This document shows, piece by piece, positions 60,899-64,000 of a stretch of DNA of 64,000 nt. Each line of letters starts with the position of its first letter. The stretch's first letter is position 1. The stretch comes from a virus: IMG/VR virus record IMGVR_UViG_3300030107_006096, positions 1-64,000 of that record; one strand, written 5' to 3'. The notes under the pieces are model-generated. The model did no database searches. It was given only the letters and a program-made list of their open reading frames with translations, and was not told the origin of the DNA. Position numbers and translations under genes: made by a program.

Positions 60899-61653
60899 AA
60901 AATATAGATCTTAAGAAAAAATATGATGAGGTTTTCAAGGAAGGTTCTGAAAACTTTTTTACATGCAACGTCTTCAGAGAGGCATGGACAATCGCCGGCG
61001 CCGAAGATTGGTCGGGGAAAAAAGTAATGGACATTGGTTGTGGTGAAGGTATGTTGCCCACAATGATTGCACATGCTGGAGCTTCAGATGTAGTAGGAGT
61101 TGACTATAGCGAAGAGGCTATTGATAACGCCAATAACAAATTTGAAATTGAAAATCTACAGTTTGTTTGTGGGGACTACAGAGAAGTTGAAGGAAAGTTT
61201 GACATCATCACAATGCAAGGAGTCATGGAACATTTAGATGAACCTTGGGAGGAGTTGAAGAATATGATGGACAATTACTTAGAAGAGGATGGTGTCTTAG
61301 TTACAAGTTCTCCTTCATTCTTAAATCCCAGAGGATATGTATGGATGACTTTAGCTAAATTGTTTGATGTTCCAATGTCACTTACTGATCTTCATTTCAT
61401 ATGCCCATTTGATATGGAAAATTTTTGCGAAGAAAATGATTATGAATTAGATTATACATCTATCCATCAGGATTGGGGCTCAGGAGAAACATTAATAAGA
61501 GATTTCAACAAGAGACTTCGTAATGCCCTTCGTGATGCGGATATGGATAATAGTAAAGTTGATGATCTTTTAGAATGGTTACATCAAGCAACTCCATACT
61601 TCGAAACAAATGAAGCGTCAGGAGCTATTGTAGTTTATAGGATAACAAAATGA
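60895..61653 (+). CDS. Class I SAM-dependent methyltransferase
   Basis: VMDIGCGEG, GVDYS, VMEHL. Confidence 0.85.
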   Translation: MKNIDLKKKYDEVFKEGSENFFTCNVFREAWTIAGAEDWSGKKVMDIGCGEGMLPTMIAHAGASDVVGVDYSEEAIDNANNKFEIENLQFVCGDYREVEGKFDIITMQGVMEHLDEPWEELKNMMDNYLEEDGVLVTSSPSFLNPRGYVWMTLAKLFDVPMSLTDLHFICPFDMENFCEENDYELDYTSIHQDWGSGETLIRDFNKRLRNALRDADMDNSKVDDLLEWLHQATPYFETNEASGAIVVYRITK

Positions 61654-62297
61654 AAATAGCATATGACATCGGAGCAAATTCTGGATCTTTTACGCAATCG
61701 TTTTTAGATGATGGGTATGAGGTCATTTCAGTTGAACCTAACCCAGATGTTTTTCAAAAACTAAAAGATAAATTTGAAGATAATTCAAACGTGATCCTAA
61801 TAAACAAGGCAGTATCATCCAGCGGCGACAAAGTTAATTTTTTTGTTCCAAAAATTAAAGGAAAACATGTGGTTGCTACTTGTTCGGAAGATTGGTTTGG
61901 GGGAAGATTTAAGTATATATTTGATCAAGGTTATGATAAAATAGAAATGGATTCAGTATCTTTAGATGAATTGATCAAAGTTCATGGAAGTCCAAGTAGA
62001 ATAAAAATAGATGTGGAAGGTTATGAATATAATGTAATAAAAAGCATGACTGAAAAACATGATTGTCTCATCAGTTTCGAATGGACATCTGAAGTCTATG
62101 AAGAAGCAAAAAAAGTTTTACTCCATTTAAAGTCCTTGGGATTTTCAAAAGGAATGATATTGAATGGAGATGATTCCTCGACATATAAGAATACACCAGA
62201 AAATAAATTAAATAGCATTGAAGAAATGATATCTTTTTTCGAGTCGGACATTTCGAAAACACATTCGGGCAGTTGGGGAGATGTTTACATTAAATGA
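61650..62297 (+). CDS. FkbM-family methyltransferase
   Basis: DIGANSG, VEPNP, SLD, IKIDVEGYE. Confidence 0.88.
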   Translation: MKIAYDIGANSGSFTQSFLDDGYEVISVEPNPDVFQKLKDKFEDNSNVILINKAVSSSGDKVNFFVPKIKGKHVVATCSEDWFGGRFKYIFDQGYDKIEMDSVSLDELIKVHGSPSRIKIDVEGYEYNVIKSMTEKHDCLISFEWTSEVYEEAKKVLLHLKSLGFSKGMILNGDDSSTYKNTPENKLNSIEEMISFFESDISKTHSGSWGDVYIK

Positions 62298-63484
62298 AAA
62301 CACTAAAGCGAGACAAAGTAGTTTTAAATTTTAGGGAAACCCCCAGAGAACAAAGAGGAACTCTGGGAGGACAGTATCCTAACGTAGTTAAAGATAAAAT
62401 TTATTATCAAATGGAAGAACCAAAGGAAGTTCACTACGCAATTCAAAAGGAAAATTCTTACATTAAACCAGAATCTAATGTTACAATCAAAAAGTCTTTG
62501 TCCGCTCAAAACTTTAGTGCTTTCTATGATACAAACCCAAACATAAATGAAGATGAAAGATACAAAGCAGTTGGAGGATATCATGTTGGAAGATCGGCGG
62601 TTGAAAACTACAAGCAAGGAATCGAATCTAAATTATACAATCATCTAAATGATTGTCCAATAAGCAATGATTTAGAAGTAGTACCACATCCCGATCCAGT
62701 GTGGCCTCAATACACTCGTTTATTATTTAAAGATGACTTCCATCATCCAAGGCACGCAAACGGATTGTATGTATTCAAGTCGTCAGATGGAATAGACTGG
62801 AAAGAGTATCATGATTTGCCAGTAATTAGCAGTTTTGATTCCTGTGAAGAGAATGAGGAAAACCCAAACAATACTGGAATAGGTCATGATACTCTTCCCA
62901 GTATTTTTTATGATCATAATATAGATGAGTATGTTATGTACATCAGAGCAAATCTAAGTTTGGGTGTTAGACATGTATTTTATACACACTCAAAGGATTT
63001 AATAAATTGGTCTAAACCTTCTTTGATAAAAATAGATCCTGCATTTGATTTGAATCATGATAATTTATATTTCATGTCTGCATTCCCTTTCGGCAGAAAG
63101 TACATAGCTTTTCCCCCATACTTTAAAAATTCTGTGGTTTCACATGTAACAGGAAAAGAAAAAGTATTTGATAAAGAAAAAAGAGACTGGGTATGGGGAG
63201 ATCCCGGAGGACCAGTAAGTGCAGAAAAGAATGGGCATCAAAGAAATTATTGGGATGCAAAAACTCTAGTAATGATATCGGATGATCGTTTGAATTGGAA
63301 AGTGGTCGATACAATTTTACCCTCTGAAACTAGAGGTCATATGACCTTTCCACATGTGGTGTCTTTTAGAGAAGAAGATGATGGCTATGCTCTTTACGTT
63401 CATGAAGAGTTTATGACTTTTACAAATAAGTTGGTTCGTTACACAATAGATTATGAAGAATTGGAAAAATATCTTGATACCTGA
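62294..63484 (+). CDS. Putative beta-propeller glycoside hydrolase-like protein
   Basis: Asp-box-like repeats SSDGIDW, SKDLINW, SDDRLNW; YVMYIR. Confidence 0.55.
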   Translation: MKTLKRDKVVLNFRETPREQRGTLGGQYPNVVKDKIYYQMEEPKEVHYAIQKENSYIKPESNVTIKKSLSAQNFSAFYDTNPNINEDERYKAVGGYHVGRSAVENYKQGIESKLYNHLNDCPISNDLEVVPHPDPVWPQYTRLLFKDDFHHPRHANGLYVFKSSDGIDWKEYHDLPVISSFDSCEENEENPNNTGIGHDTLPSIFYDHNIDEYVMYIRANLSLGVRHVFYTHSKDLINWSKPSLIKIDPAFDLNHDNLYFMSAFPFGRKYIAFPPYFKNSVVSHVTGKEKVFDKEKRDWVWGDPGGPVSAEKNGHQRNYWDAKTLVMISDDRLNWKVVDTILPSETRGHMTFPHVVSFREEDDGYALYVHEEFMTFTNKLVRYTIDYEELEKYLDT

Positions 63485-64000
63485 GCATACTATATTTGGA
63501 ATAACTAAATTCACGCAACTAGGAAACAGTCTAGTTCAGATATGTAACGCCATAAATGTTGCAAAGAAATCTAATTCTACATGTAGAATGCCTAGTTCAA
63601 GTGTTAATCCAGATGTAATGAATTTTTTAAAGACAATTCCAAATGTAGATGACATCAAAGATAGGAAAACAGAAGTAGAAAGAAAATTCTATTTCGAGAA
63701 TGAATGTTTTGGCTACAGAATGACAAATGAAGATAGAAGGAATATACTACACCAGTATGTTTATCCTCATCTTAATATAGGTGATGCGCCTTCTGTGAAG
63801 GATGATACATTAGTAATCCATATTCGAAGTGGAGATATATTTAACGAATGGATACATCAGAATTATGTTCAACCTCCTTTAGAATACTATAAGAAAATTA
63901 TAGACGAAAAGGAACCAAACGATGTATTGATTGTTAGTCAAAAAGATTTAAGCAATCCATGTATAGATGCCTTGATTTCTTGGGACTCTAAAGTTAGAAT
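63453..64000 (+). CDS. Second GT11-like fucosyltransferase, 3'-truncated (not in the ORF track)
   Basis: Own translation: QLGNSLVQICNAI...LVIHIRSGDIF...YVQPPLEYYKKII; open to the window end; start ATG 63453 or TTG 63474. Confidence 0.7.
   Translation, partial: MKNWKNILIPEHTIFGITKFTQLGNSLVQICNAINVAKKSNSTCRMPSSSVNPDVMNFLKTIPNVDDIKDRKTEVERKFYFENECFGYRMTNEDRRNILHQYVYPHLNIGDAPSVKDDTLVIHIRSGDIFNEWIHQNYVQPPLEYYKKIIDEKEPNDVLIVSQKDLSNPCIDALISWDSKVR

Overview
AT-rich fragment of a large T4-like myovirus genome; the gene order resembles marine/freshwater T4-like phages. All credible genes are on the + strand. (1) 1-23.5 kb: tandem array of large cysteine-rich proteins built on G[AST]CC repeats, lying where T4-like phages carry fibre and neck accessory genes. 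It includes a paralog pair with conserved and variable blocks, a collagen-like G-x-T fibre protein, and a trypsin-like protease/FN3/LRR protein. (2) 23.5-37.7 kb: neck-terminase-tail-head module (gp13-gp23, gp3) with TATAAATA late promoters and a UUCG terminator. (3) 37.8-55.2 kb: uvsY, uvsW, gp55, gp47, gp46, rnh, gp45, gp44, gp62 and regA, interleaved with a GNAT, a DNA amino-methyltransferase, a thioredoxin-glutamine synthetase fusion, fcl, gmd and groES. (4) 55.2-64 kb: glycosyltransferase/methyltransferase island running off the window end. Best candidate for an undescribed system (inference): phage-encoded glycosylation of the virion, since G-x-T/S motifs recur in structural proteins and the phage encodes GDP-fucose synthesis and many glycosyltransferases. 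All calls come from motif recognition and synteny by eye; no database searches were run.
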